A program made the position numbers and the translations under genes. A stretch of DNA of 64,000 nucleotides, from assembly GCA_951406725.2 (NCBI GenBank), contig OX597829.1, forward strand, positions 53,072,001-53,136,000, given 5' to 3'. Origin of the DNA: Octopus vulgaris (lineage: Eukaryota). Each line of letters begins with the position of its first letter. Position 1 is the stretch's first letter. Shown one piece after another: positions 24,022-38,135 of this stretch. Under the pieces are notes generated by a model. That model had not been told where the DNA came from. It did no database searches and worked only from the letters and a program-made list of their open reading frames with translations.

Positions 24022-25269
24022 ATACATATAAATATTTGTGTCATCCATCCATACATACAGGCTTGTCTTTTACAGGTGCCAGTGCTACATAAAATATAAA
24101 CGCACCCTTGCAGGAGACACATAAAAAGCACCCAGCACACTCTGTAAAGTGGTTGGCATCAGGAAGGGCAGCATCCAGCTGTAGAAGCGATGCCACAACA
24201 GACAATTGGAGTGTGGACAGCTCCCTGCTAAATCATCCAACCCATGCCAGCAAGGACAATGGGCATTAAGTGATGATGAGGATATATGTATGTATATACA
24301 TATGAATATATTTATATAATGTGTTTGTGTGCATGTGTGCATATGTATGTGTGTGTGTGTATTAGAGAGAGAGAGAGAGAGGAGAGAGAGTTATAGGCAG
24401 CTTATTTCTCATAGGGGATATTGTTAGGTTTGGGTTGTAATTAAATTTTTCAAGTTCAAAAGAATGTAATTGCATCAGACCGTTTCCAATTGTTTGGTCG
24501 TTGTGTTTTGCTGTGTAGTTGTTTCAAGACAGAAAAGTGAGACAATGTGCTGAGATGGACACTACATAGTTCTTTAATCTCAGAATAAACGAATTCTACA
24601 TTAAAGACAAATTTCACTTTAAAGACAAGTAACAATAATTAAATACTTTATTTGATCTGATAATAGTGTTTGCCGTGGGTTGAGAGAGTAACTCATAACA
24701 ACAACAGAAATCACCAAAAATGATTTATATGTCTTAATCTGTGGTAACCAAAGATTAAAAGAAATTTTTTTTTCTTCTTTTGGTTCAAATTTTTAGAAAT
24801 GTTCTTTTTTTTCTGTGTATATTTTTGGCAAACAATTTTATTTGAAACTATACGTTGACAAAATATATTGTATCATGTTCTGTGACAGATACAGCTAGAA
24901 TGAATATTTCTATATCTCTTATATTATAGACATGAGATCTTGTTACACAGCCTCACACACATATCCATACAACCATGCACACACAGACACACACACACAC
25001 ACACACACACAAAATACACAAAATGCACATGACTCCACAAAATGCACACACTAGATTACTTATACTCATATATACACATGTTCCCATACGCACACAAAGG
25101 CCCACATAATTTTAAGCTCACACACACACTTGCCCTCATTCACACATGCTCACACACACACACACACATGCACACCCTAGTTCAGCCATGCCACTGTTAT
25201 TATCTCCCTTTCACTCAGCCTCTTTCTTCCGGTCATTTCATCATGTTGAACCATTAATCTCTACACATT

Positions 25270-25411
25270 TTTTTATCTCTCTGTTTTCTTTTCTTTTTTG
25301 CTCTCTCTCTCTCCATTTTGCTTTGCTTTCACTCTTTCCTGACAAAGAGCATAGGCTCGAAGTGTCAAAGATTTTTACATTCTTCCCGAGCATCAAACTA
25401 ATACACTTGCT
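25270..25411 (+). mobile_element. Old copy of the hammerhead-bearing repeat (56411 family)
   Basis: CUUUC-CUGACAA-A-GAGC auag GCUC-GAAGU-GUC-AAAG at 25334-25370, followed by ttcccgagcatcaaactaatacac. Confidence 0.7.
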
Positions 25412-25469
<58 letters not shown>

Positions 25470-25491
25470 CAGCAGCAGCAGCAGCAGCAGC
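25412..25491. repeat. (GTA)n(GCA)n array
   Basis: Directly visible. Confidence 0.95.
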
Positions 25492-25809
25492 AATAATCCC
25501 CATAAGAGAAGGAAATAAGTAGAGGCAACACTTTAAAGCTTCTCGGAGAGCTGTCGTAAAAGCACAATAAAATGGACTGAGTGATGATGTTACGTAGTGA
25601 TGAGAAAATGAGTTTCCAACCAGGAAAACCATGCAAAGGGAAAAAGAAAATGGGATGAAGACAATGCTTGTCAGATGGGAGATTTGTTAGAGACATCATC
25701 TTTAATGCTGGTGACACGATGGAATGCTCTCAGTCCATTCTGTGAAGTGGTTGGTGCTACAGAGGGCAACCAACCGTAAAGAAAATATGTGAAAAATATA
25801 ACCTGCATA

Positions 25810-26240
25810 AGTGTATGCATGTGTGCGTGTGTGTGTGTGCATGTGTGTGCATACATGTGTGTGCATGCATGTGTGTGTGTGCACGTGTGTGCGTGCACGT
25901 GTGTGCATGCATGTGTGTGCATGCATGTATGTGTGTGTGTTCATGTGTGTGCATGCATGTGTGTGCGTGCATTTGTGTGTGTGTGCGTGCATGTGTGTGC
26001 GTGCATGTGTGTGCGTGCATGTGTGTGTGTGTGTGCATGTGTGTGCGTGCATGTGTGTGTGTGCATGTGTGTGCGTGCATGTGTGTGTGTGCATGTGTGT
26101 GCGTGTGTGTGCATATGTGTGTGTGTGTGTGCATACATATGTCATCATCATCATCATCATTATTATCACCACCACTTCTACTACTGTCACCACCTCCATG
26201 ATGATGACGATGACTACCACCACCATCATCATCATCATCA
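25810..26240. repeat. (TG)n/TGCA array followed by (ATC)n/(ACC)n
   Basis: Directly visible. Confidence 0.92.
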
Positions 26241-26687
26241 TATTCATGTCCAGTTTCCCATGTTTGCATGTGTTGGATGATTTCTCTTCAACAATGAACC
26301 TTGTTGCTTGTCACATTACATTTTTGTAGAGTTCAGCATCTTGATAGCAGCTTTTTACCAATTCTGCCCATGTCTCCCACAATCCTCCTTTTCCATTGTT
26401 CCACTGGGGTCTTCTGTCACCTCTTTACCAATCTGTCATCATCCATACCATTGCACACCACATTTGCCTTCTCTCATACCTATTTTTTGTCTCATCTAGT
26501 TGTCCTTCATTGTTTATACAAATTAACCTTACACATACAGTGATACGTGTTCACACCATTTCTTTCCAGCTTTTGCACATCCTCTGTATTCAATATCCAT
26601 GTAATACTTCATACATAAATATTATACAAACTATCTTCAGCTGGAGCAGAGAACATTTCTGCTGCCAGAAGATGGAATGGTTCTCTC

Positions 26688-27098
26688 TCTTTACTCTTTT
26701 ACTTGTTTCAGTCATTTGACTGCGGCCATGCTGGAGCACCACCTTTAGTCGAGCAAATCGACCCCGGGACTTATTCTTTGTAAGCCCAGTACTTATTCTA
26801 TCGGTCTCTTTTTGCTGAACTGCTAAGTGACGGGGACGTAAACACACCAGCATCGGTTGTCAAGCGATGGTGCGGGGGCAAACACAGATACACAAACATA
26901 TACACACACACACACATACATACATATATATACACATATATACGACAGGCTTCTTTCAGTTTCCGTCTACCAAATCCACTCACAAGGCTCTGGTCGGCTC
27001 GAGGCTATAGCAGAAGACACTTGCCCAAGATGCCACGCAGTGGGACTAAACCCAGAACCATGTGGTTAGTAAGCAAGCTACTTACCACACAGCCACTA
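26688..27098 (-). mobile_element. SINE family A, near full length
   Basis: Reverse complement matches 10146-10566. Confidence 0.93.
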
Positions 27099-27149
27099 TT
27101 ATTTTTTAAAATCTAATTGTTGTTCTTCTGACTATTATGTTTTCAGAGC

Positions 27150-27960
27150 TCCTCCAATCACAGCTGATTAAATCACCAAAGATAACAGAAGCTATCAATT
27201 ACTTTCTGCAGAGCCCTCCAAGCATTAGAAAGAATATGTTTCAATAAAACTCTGGCTGCTAACTGCTTTTGAATTACTATCATACACAAAGTGATTTTTT
27301 TCCTCTAGAAAACTGCTTGTTATCTCATTGCATCTCTTGTACACTTTGAGAACTAGATCATAATCATATAGGAATCCCTGCAATGTGCTAGTCCTAAACT
27401 TATCTGTTATAGTTTCAAGAATTATCAGAAACAGGAACAGATTAAGAAATATGCCTTCATGTGCACCTATTGGCATGATAAATTCGTTACTGCAGACTTC
27501 GGCTTTCTACATGCCTTCCACTGCATACACCTTGTTTTCTTAATGACCACCAGGCTACATATTGTAGTCAAAGACCTTTTCCAGATTAATAAATGTTATA
27601 TAGAGTGGCTTAATCTCTTTTAAGATCTTCTCACAAGTCACGAGGTTTCACTGGTACCTCAGTCTTGTACAAATCCAAATTGCATCTCATTTCAATTAAC
27701 TTCATTCCTAATCAGTTGTGTTACAATTCTTTCTGTCGCTTTCTTAATTTGCTCCGATGCTACAACACATCTGTTGTTGCTTCTCCTTTGTCACAGTAGC
27801 AGTTGATAGTTACACTACTAAGGTGGTCACTGGATATGACATCTTCCACCATTACCTGACTATGTGAGTGATTAGGTTGAGAACCACTTCACCAGATATT
27901 TTCAGCATCTCACTGAGTTTACCAGAGGGTCTAGCTGCTTTCCCTAACATCTTACACTTA
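27150..27960 (-). pseudogene. Ancient RTE reverse-transcriptase remnant
   Basis: IGAHEGIFLNLFLFLIILETITDKFRTSTLQGFLYDYDLVL aligns by eye with VGVHQGSVLSPLLFIIVLQAITEEFKTGCPWELLYADDLAL; probably continues at 28460-28960. Confidence 0.7.
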
Positions 27961-27982
27961 ATTGTCATTTTAACTATATATG

Positions 27983-28460
27983 TTTCTTTATTAGCCACAA
28001 AGGGCTGCACACAGACAGGACAAAATTACAAGGTAGAGCTTTTCTTTTGGGGGTAAAAGAAGGGGGTTTGGTTTTCGATCAAAAGGGATCGTAAATGGAA
28101 AGAAAGAGGACAAAAAAGGGGGGGATAAAATAAGATTTTTAAAAAAAGGGGGGGGGGAAATTTGATCAATAGGGATCGTTATCACAGAAATGTCAATATG
28201 AAGTGTAAAGGGGAGGACAGGTGAGGTTTACCCGTGGAAAGAAAAGCCTACGGAAAAGACCACGGTAACCTCGGTCAATGAAGTCACATGTCATATTTCT
28301 TTTTTTTTTTTTTTTTTTTTTGCAAATAAGCAACTCTCTGTATTAATTTTTACGGTTCATAGAATCATAGTCAAGGTGGCTTCGTCATTCATACGAGCCA
28401 TCCTTGCTACATTCACCCATCTTTTTTTAAAACATTCACTAGACAAAACTTGCCTCTTCC
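27983..28460 (-). mobile_element. 3' end of a different LINE (probably L1/Tx1-like)
   Basis: ORF end KRQVLSSECFKKRWVNVARMARMNDEATLTMIL*, then UTR ending gcagccctttgtggctaataaagaaa; clade assignment is tentative. Confidence 0.6.
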
Positions 28461-28972
28461 ATTACTGGTTCACTTGTTGGGTCTTCTTTGAGTAGTCTCC
28501 CTTACTCCCACTCATTCTCTGCATTCAATAACTTCTCCTAATAACATTTCCAAGCCCCATCACAATGTCAGAAAGGTAGAATGTAACACTATCATCCAAA
28601 ACACATTTTCTCCCAACAATATCTTTATTTACATCAACATACTGTTTTGCAATCTAGAATGCCTCTCTCTGATCTTCTCAATGAGAACATTGGCAAACCT
28701 CCTACTTTCAGTCTCCATGTTGTGTAAACTTGATATCTAGATTTTTCTTTTTCTACTCAACATTGTTTTTTGCAACTGCCTTTCTTCCAGTCTTTCAAGA
28801 CCAGCTTTTTAGCTTTTTGTGTCTTTATCTACTGTACTGTTCCATTACAATCATTTAGCTGGCACCTTGCTCCAGAATCTCTTCAGAACGCCATCCCAAA
28901 GACCCGCCTATTTTTTCTTTGTCTTAAAGGTCTTCATCTCCCCTTTTTTCTTATCAAATGCTTTATCTAGAG

Positions 28973-29167
28973 AAGTGCTTCCCAAACTTTTTAATATTTA
29001 GGCCAGATCCAAAATCTGGATTTTTTTCAGGGTCTTGCACCAAAAACTCTAAACCAAGTCAATTAAAGAAAAATTTATAATATTTATAGAAGGAAGACCA
29101 TCTGGGGCCACCAGAATGATGCTTGAGGGCCGCATGTAGCCCCAAGAGCCACAGTTGGAAACCACTG
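28973..29167. mobile_element. hAT/Charlie-like MITE
   Basis: aagtgcttcccaaact...agttggaaaccactg; ctagag present in both flanks, like the NTCTAGAN target. Confidence 0.65.
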
Positions 29168-29264
29168 ACTAGAGCCTCTCTGAACAATGAGTAGCAGAGA
29201 AATGTTTCAGTTCCCATATTTTCCTTCTCCAAATTATCCGTTTTTATCTCTCATCTGTTTAGCT

Positions 29265-29758
29265 CAGTAGTTCTCAACCTTTTTTTGCCTGTGATCCCTT
29301 TTGATTCTTATTTTAATCTGTGGAGGTATGTGGCTTAGTGGTTAAGGTGTTGGGTTCGTGATCATCAGATTGTGGTTTCAATTCCTTGACCAGGTGATGT
29401 GTTGTGTTCTTGAGCAAGACACTTCATTTCATGTTGCTCCAGTCCACTCAGCTGGCAAAATGGAGTAATTCTACAATGGATAAGTATCTCGTCCAGGTAA
29501 AGAATATATACATCATGAAACCAGGAAACCAGCCCTTGTCAGTTGACATGACTCGAGAAGGTAACTTTTTTTTATTGTACTCTACTGGACCCCCATAGAC
29601 ATTTTAAGTTTTAAAAATCCCATCATATTTTTATGATTAAATATTATTAGAAATTGTACAAAAAAATGGTTAAAATATTCTGTGTTCATAAGCTTTAACA
29701 ACAAAGTCTTATATGGACCCACAAGGTTCCATATGTGGACCCTGGTTGAGAATCCTTG
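29265..29758. mobile_element. hAT-like MITE containing a family C SINE (about 29325-29570)
   Basis: cagtagttctcaacc...ggttgagaatccttg; related to 44729-45098. Confidence 0.7.
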
Positions 29759-30095
29759 GTCTATCTCTTACTTTGATGTCACAAATCCCTAATTTATTTT
29801 GAGTGATACATTCTTCACATAGGAATGAGTTTTCTATTTCTTTTGTTGGTGTGTATGAAATCAATTTAACCTACATGTTCACCTTGCAGTTTGGTGATGA
29901 AGTGGCTCATACATCTCCTTAAGCTTGGACAACACATCGATCTATGTACCATATCAATAGGTACCATGTAATTTAGAATAACTATAGTACCAACATGTCA
30001 ATGAGTTTGCATTTAGTCCTTTTTTATTGAAGATCCTTCCTATTTTCATATGCATACACACATGTACACACAGACATACTTATATATGAACATAC

Positions 30096-30476
30096 GTGGC
30101 ACTCCATCGGTTATGACGATGAAGGTTCCAGTCAATCTGATTAACAGAATAACCTACTCATGGAATTAACGTGCAAGTGGCTGAGCACTCCACAGACACG
30201 TGTACCCTTCACGTAGTTCTCGGGGAGATTCAGCGTGACACAGAGTGTAACAAGGCTGGCCCTTTGAAATACAGGTACAAGAGAAACAAGAAGAAAGAGT
30301 GAGAGAAAGTTGTGATGGAAGAGTACAACAGGGTTCACCACCAAAACCTGCTGGAGCCACATGGAGCTTTAGGTGTTTTTGCTCAATAAACACTCACAAC
30401 ACCCAGTTAGGGAATCAAAACTGTGATCCTACAACTGTGAGTCTGCTGCTCTAACCACTGGGTCATTGCACCTCCA
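30096..30476 (-). mobile_element. tRNA-derived SINE with RTE-like tail
   Basis: Head tggaggtgcaatgacccagtggttagagcagc; tail catcgtcataaccgatggagtgcca. Confidence 0.8.
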
Positions 30477-30479
30477 CAT

Positions 30480-30514
30480 ATGAACATACATACATACTTA
30501 TACACGTACATGAT

Positions 30515-30605
<91 letters not shown>

Positions 30606-30885
30606 CATACATGCATACATACATATATGCATACATACATACATGCATACATATATACTTACCTACCTACCTATCTACCTGCATACATATATACACACAC
30701 CCATGCATATATGCATACACATACACAGACAAACATACATGCATACATACTTACACATGCATACATATATACACACAGACATCCACCCATCCATCCATAT
30801 ACATACATACATACATACATACATACATTCATACATACACACACATACATACACACATACATACATACAAACATTCATACATACA
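30480..30885. repeat. (TA)n and (CATA)n array
   Basis: Directly visible. Confidence 0.95.
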
Positions 30886-31037
30886 AGCTAATTTGAAGAC
30901 TACAGATCCAATCCATTACTGGAACTATAAAAACTTTCTAGAAGTTTATCATTTAAATGTATATGAACATGTCTAGATATGTAACTATATACATGAGAAT
31001 ACGTACATAAAGCATACAAATCTGCACATACATACAT

Positions 31038-31926
31038 GATGGCTGGCCCTTCGTTATCGAGTATGGCCATTGCACGAAGCTTAACTGTTACTGGTGCTGT
31101 GATCGAATGTGACTTTTTAGCCCAGCTAAAGATCTACAATGTCTTGTACAAAATTGGCAACTAAGACCTTTACTGGTAAAAAGCCGGCTGTAGTTGTAAC
31201 TGGGCTTCATGTACCTTTGCATGTCGTTTAAGTCCTCCTGCCGAATTACACTCTCTTCCACATGCCCGACAGATATGATTAGTATGTCTCGTTTTATGAC
31301 TACGAAGATGACTTATGAATCCAGCTTTACTGAGGTAGGGTCTTGCACAGACATTGCATGTCAGAATCAAAGGAAGACCCTTCCCTTCTGGAAGTGTAAC
31401 AGCGATGCTCTTCTTGACATCCCTCCTTACTTTCTCATGTGCAACTCGAGATTTCTCAAAAGTAGCTGTCCCCTCATACACAATCCTTCTCCACCTGCTA
31501 CGATCAATAGCTATGCCTTCCCATGTGTCAGGAGGGATGCAAGCATCTCTTAAAGAAGCCTTCAGCAAGTCATTATACCTCTTTTTTGGTTTATGTGGAG
31601 GTCGTTCTCCTTTAGCTAAGTCTCCATAAAAGAGTTGTTTTGGCATCCCTTCATTCTGACCAAATGATCACTCCATCTGAACCTTTGCTTTAACACAAGA
31701 GCTTCTACACTTTCACACTGAGAGCCTTCCAATATTTCAAGATCACTGATGCGGTCCTTCCACTTAATGCTATAGATCCTTCTGAGGCACATCTGATGGA
31801 AACGTTCCAGATGTTTAAGGTGGTATCGATATGTGACCCACGTCTCGCAGGCATAGAGAAGAGAAGGGAGCACACATGCCTTGTACACCTTTATCTTTGT
31901 CTTTCTGCATATGTTTCGCCGACTCC
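31038..31926 (-). pseudogene. BovB-like RTE LINE 3' end with two C2H2 zinc fingers
   Basis: TKIKVYKACVLPSLLYACETW...RW.DHLVRM / MPKQLFYGDL...CNVCARPYLSKAGFISHLRSH...CRACGRECNSAGGLKRHAKVH; one frameshift near 31646. Confidence 0.92.
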
Positions 31927-32878
31927 ATACATACATACACACACACACATACATACATACATACATACATACATACATACATACATACATACATACATAC
32001 ATGCATATACATACACACATACATACATGCATACACACATACATACATATATATACACATGTATATATATATACATACTTACATACATACATACATACAC
32101 ACACATATATACATACTTACATACATATGTACATACATATATACATATCAGCATGTCTAGATATGCAATTAGATGCATGAGAATAGAAACATAATGCAAA
32201 ACATACAAATCTGCACTCATACATATACACATACATAGATACACGCATACATACATACATACATAAATGCATACACGCACACACACATATACACATATAC
32301 ACACATACATACATTCATACATACATACATGCATACATACATTCATACATACATACATACATACGTACGTACATACATACATACATACACACACATACAT
32401 ACATTCATACATACATACATACATACATACATACATTCATACATACATACATACATACATACATACATTCATACATACATTCATACATACATACATGCAT
32501 TCATACATACATACATACATACATACAGACACACACACATACATTCATTCATACATACATACATGCATGCATACACTCACACATACACACACATACATAT
32601 ATATTCATACATACACACACATGCATACATATATACATACATACATACATACATACATACATACATACATTCATACATACATACATACATACATACATAC
32701 ATACATACATACATTCATACATACATACATACATACATTCATACATACATACATACATACATACATACATACATACATACATACAAACATACATACATAC
32801 ATACATACATACATACATTCATACATACATACATACATACATACATACATTCATACATACATACATGCATTCATACAT

Positions 32879-32909
<31 letters not shown>

Positions 32910-33625
32910 TACATTCATTCATACATACATACATACATACATACATTCATACATACATACATGCATTCATACATACATACATACATACATACACACACAC
33001 ATACATACATACATACATACATACATACATACATACATACATACATACAAACATACATACATACATACATACATACATACATACATTCATACATACATAC
33101 ATACATACATACATACATTCATACATACATACATGCATACATACATACATACATACATACATACATACACACACACATACATTCATTCATACATACATAC
33201 ATGCATGCATACACTCACACATACACACACATACATATATATTCATACATACACACACATGCATACATATATACATACATACATACATACATACATACAT
33301 AAATGCATGCATACACTCACACATACACACACATACATATATATTCATACATACACACACATGCATACATATATACATACATACATACATACATACATAC
33401 ATAAATGCATACACGCACACACACATATACACATATACATATATATATATACATACACACACATGCACACATACATACATACATACATACATACATACAT
33501 AAATGCATACACGCACACACACATATACACATATACATATATATACATACACACACATGCATACATACATACACACACATGCATACATACATACATACAT
33601 ACATACATACATACATACATACATG

Positions 33626-33675
<50 letters not shown>

Positions 33676-33680
33676 CACAC
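31927..33680. repeat. About 1.75-kb (TACA)n-dominated microsatellite
   Basis: Directly visible; source of the 411-aa and 486-aa YIHT pseudo-ORFs. Confidence 0.97.
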
Positions 33681-34289
33681 ATCCCCCATCCTCCACCGTA
33701 CTTATTTTGCTAGACTCCTGAACTTACAGATTGCGTGTCGAATAGAAACAGATTTATATTTGTATTCTGCTACATCAAATTTTTTTTAGTTTTTTTTTTT
33801 TTAGTTTTATTTATTTATTTAGTTTATTTATGCATTTATCTATTTATTTATTTATTTATTAAGTATTATCTCATTTCACCAATTATCCAGGCTTTCATGG
33901 AGCAAACTCTTAAAAAAAAAAAAAAAAGCAGTGGTGACACTTCAAGGGGTGCCGCTGATATTTCGGCTAAAAAGTTGAAAAGTTGAAGTCAGGCAGCTTC
34001 GCATCCTTTACAATAACCTAAAATATCTAAATAAATAATGATGTCAGATTTTGTTAGCCAAAAAAAAAAAAAAAAAAAAGTGGGGCGAGTGGCAGTAAAG
34101 CAAGGAAGATGGTAGAGTTGAGTCAGCGGGAGATGGAGAGAATGGAGATAGCTGAAGGAGTGGAGTCGGTGTCTGATGCACTTGAAATCTTAGAAGAGGA
34201 AACTGGTGTGGTGTAGTTGTGTTTTGCTTTTGTGTAGGAAAAAATGTCTAGATAGGGAGACTGTATAAATAGACAGATAACCAGTGAGT

Positions 34290-34320
34290 AAGGGAGAGAG
34301 AGATAGAGACAGAGAGAGAC

Positions 34321-34351
<31 letters not shown>

Positions 34352-34483
34352 GGAGAAACAGCCGGAGAGAGAAACAGATAGGTAGACAGATAGATAGATA
34401 AATATACAGACATATTGATAGACAGATCAATACTTAGAGAGAGAGAGAGAGAGAGAGAGATGGTGATAGACAGAGAGAGAGAT

Positions 34484-34525
<42 letters not shown>

Positions 34526-34574
34526 TGATAAATAGATAGAGTGATAGATGGAGAGAGAGAAGGGGGGAAGATAA

Positions 34575-34607
<33 letters not shown>

Positions 34608-34610
34608 TAT

Positions 34611-34653
<43 letters not shown>

Positions 34654-34905
34654 CACTGACAGACAGACAGGCAGATAATTATGTAGGTTGATATACAGTG
34701 AAGTAGATAAAAAAAAACACTAACTAGAGCAAATGAGAGGAAGAGAGAGAGAGAGGAAGAGAGAGAGAGCGGGGGGGGGGAATAAAGAGAGAAACTTGAG
34801 CTCACTTAGGATACTTAAAGACAAAGATTGTAAGAGTTTCATCTTCAAGAGAGAGAGAGAGAGGCGGGGAGGAGGCGGATGAGCGAGAGAGAGAGAGAGA
34901 GAGCA
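34290..34905. repeat. (GA)n/(GATA)n purine-rich tract
   Basis: Directly visible. Confidence 0.9.
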
Positions 34906-35085
34906 GGTTACTAAGGTTAAAGTTTATAAAAGAAAACCAAAATTATGAGGGATCAAGTGATGAAATACTTTCTACTTGAAATTATTACTAAAATGCTAAA
35001 AGCCTTTCCTTTGTTATTTTTTTTATCAGTTTTTTTTGTTGTTGTTGTTGCTTTTTTTCTTGTACCACCATTTCTACGGACACTG

Positions 35086-35930
35086 TACCATCATCACAAC
35101 CACCACCACCACCACCACCACCACCACCACCACCACCTACACCACCTATACTACCACCACCACTACCACCACCACCACCACCAACACCACCACCAACACC
35201 ACCACCACCACCACCTACACCACCTATACTACCACCACCACTACCACCACCACCACCACCAACACCACCACCAACACCACCTATACTACCACCACCAACA
35301 CCACCACCACCACCACCACCATGAGAACTACTAAAAGGACATGATGACCACCATCACCACCAACATTACTGCCACCTCCACCCCATCCCCACTACCACCA
35401 CAACCATGATGATGATGACGACTATGATGACGACGACCATCACCACTACTTCAACACCACACCACACCCCACCACCACCACCACCACCACCACCACCACC
35501 AACACTGTTATTACTACTATGCCAAAAGCCACTGTGGCTACTGTTACCAAGGCAACCATTACCACCATCACCACCACCACCACCACTGCTACTCTTAATA
35601 CTACCATTGCCATCATGGCCACCACTACAACCCACCACAACTAAGACAATCACTACCTCGAAGACAGCAGTGATGACCACCACCACCGTTATCATTGTCC
35701 CAACCAATATCGTGACCACTGTTACCACTACTATTACCACCAACACTATGACCATGCTGATGCTGCTGATGCTGATGATGATGATGACGACGACGATGAT
35801 GATGATGATGATGAGGATGAGGAGGATGATAGTGGCGGTGGTGGTGGTGCTGATGATGATGACCATGATGATGATGATGATGATGTCGACAACAACAACG
35901 ATGATGACCACTACCACAACCACAAGCATT
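35086..35930. repeat. (CAC)n/(TAC)n/(GAT)n trinucleotide mosaic
   Basis: Directly visible. Confidence 0.92.
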
Positions 35931-36397
35931 TCCCATACAACACATCACATGACAACCCCTGCCCCTCCTCCACCTGACCACACTGCCATCACCATATTCT
36001 GAAGGGCGCCATTTAGCTCAACTTGATGGAGATTATAGTATACCTGGTATCTCTCTTTGACTGTGGTTCACACCTAGTCTTTTGACCAATTAACCATGAA
36101 CCTGCCTGCAACTTCCTACATTCCAGAGAATTGGCTCTACCAAGCTTGACCAGGACTGGACACAACATAATCAATTCTCTCTTGCTCTCTCTCTCGCTCT
36201 CTGTCTCTCTCTCTCTCTCTATCTCACTTTCTCTCTCTCCTTCTCTAGATTGCTGTTGTTATTGTTGTTGACAGCCCAGGTCAGTTTTTGACTTAGGGAG
36301 CCTTCTAATAAATGAAATTCCAGCTATGACCATTCTGTCTTATTCTATGTATATCAGGGAGTTTGGTGTCCTGTGTATATATTTCCTCTTTTCAGAA

Positions 36398-36648
36398 CAA
36401 TGGGGGACAAACACAGACACACACACACACACACACACAGACACACACACACATATATAAATATATATATATATATACATATATACGATGGGCTTCTTTC
36501 AGTTTCCGTCTACCAAATCCACTCACAAGGCTTTGGTCGGCCTAAGGCTATAGTAGAAGACACTTGCGCAAGGTGCCACACAGTGGAACTGAACCCAGAA
36601 CCATGTGGCTGGTAAGCAAGCTACTTACCACACACCCACTCCTGCACC
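36398..36648 (-). mobile_element. SINE family A, 3'-truncated
   Basis: Head and CORE-like region present; stops just after the TG tract. Confidence 0.9.
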
Positions 36649-36802
36649 TGATGTGTTCGCTTCTTCCTTTTTTAAGGTAACTGGAGCACAATCTTAATTT
36701 TAAGGTAACTGGAGGAATCTTTAGCAGTTATTTCTGGCAGGCTGAGTAATTGCTCTGAACAGAGGTCATGAATCTCTTGTATCTCGAGGTCATGAATCGT
36801 TT

Positions 36803-37044
36803 GTATCTTGTGACAGCCTTCCGGCATCGGTCGCGGGTACGTCCACGTGTACGTGGGCGACACCGCGAGCTTTGGTTAGTTCTTACGATATCAGGCACGG
36901 TAGCGTGGCGGACACTGTAGTTGTCTTAAGGGAATTTACGAGATGGACCACGTCACTGTATCGACCGCGTGTATCTCGTGACAGCCTTCCGGCATCGGTC
37001 ACAGGTACGTCCACGTGTACGTGGGCGACACAGCGAGCTTCGGT
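36803..37044. repeat. CpG-rich 168-bp tandem unit (about 1.4 copies)
   Basis: gtatct.gtgacagccttccggcatcggtc.c.ggtacgtccacgtgtacgtgggcgacac.gcgagctt.ggt at 36803 and 36971. Confidence 0.85.
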
Positions 37045-37269
37045 ATGTGACAGATTCTGAAAAATAAGTCTCCTTGCAATATCAACATTATAAAATGCTT
37101 ATCTATAAGAAATTATCTACAACTAAAAATTCATATACACAAGCATCTCAAAAGTAAATACACACCCTTATTTTTATTTTTTTAATTTTTATTTTTTTAA
37201 AAGATTTATTCCTAGAAACCAAATAATGTCATTTGATGCATTTAAATACTTAATCTAGTATTTAGTAGA

Positions 37270-37650
37270 CATTGAACCAATCCTATGACTGGCACCCAGA
37301 AGATGCCAGGACCCCTGGACTGGTGGTACATAAAAAGCACTATCCGAATCGTGGCCGATGCCAGTCCCGCCTCGACTGGCTTCCGTGCCGGTGGCACGTA
37401 AAATGCACCAATCCGACCATGGCCGATGCCAGCCTTGCCTGACACATGTGCAGGTGGCACGTAAAAAGCACCCACTACACTCACGGAGTGGTTAGCGTTA
37501 GGAAGGGCATTCAGCTGTAGAAACATTGCCAGATCAGACTGGAGCCTGGTGCAGCCTTCTGGCATACCAGATCCCCGGTTGAACCGTCCAACCCATGCTA
37601 GCATGGAGAACGGACGTTAAACGATGATGATGATGATGATGATGATGATG
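37270..37650 (+). mobile_element. RTE LINE 3' UTR with (GAT)n tail
   Basis: ggcacgtaaaaagcacc subrepeats, ggaagggcattcagctgtagaaac, ccatgctagcatggagaacggacgttaaacgatgatg. Confidence 0.88.
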
Positions 37651-37702
37651 CCTTGAGCAGTTTTTAATGAGTAGGAGTAGGTGTGGCTGTATGGTAAGAA
37701 GC

Positions 37703-37916
37703 GATGTGCTGGCAGAATTGTTAGTATACCGGGCGAAATGTTTAGCGGTATTTCGTTCTGAGTTCAAATTCCACCAAGGTCGACTTTGCCTTTCATCCTT
37801 TCGGGGTCGATAAATTAAGTACCAGTTACACACTGGTGTCATTATAATCGACTTAATCCCTTTGTCTGTCCTTGTTTGTCCTTTCTATGTTTAGCTCCTT
37901 GTGGGCAATAAAGATA
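37703..37916 (+). mobile_element. SINE family B nested in the head of a family A SINE (37672-38070)
   Basis: TSD taagaagc on both sides. Confidence 0.85.
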
Positions 37917-38097
37917 TAAGAAGCTATCTTCCCAACCACATGATTCTGGGTTCAGTTCCACAGTGCAGTACCTTGGGCAAGTGTTTTTTGTTATAACCTT
38001 GGGCTGGCCAAAACCTCGTGAGTAAATTTGGTAGAATGAAACTGAAAGAAGACCTTTTTTTTTCTTTTATGTGTGTGTGTGTGTGTGTATTTGTATT

Positions 38098-38135
<38 letters not shown>

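Noticed and set aside
24651-24730. Hammerhead-like ctgataa...gaaatca...tgatt
   Set aside because: G8 is absent and no stem I pairing was found; insufficient without a family consensus.
32267-33789. 411-aa and 486-aa ORFs
   Set aside because: Translations of (TACA)n, which lacks stops in these frames; no protein complexity.
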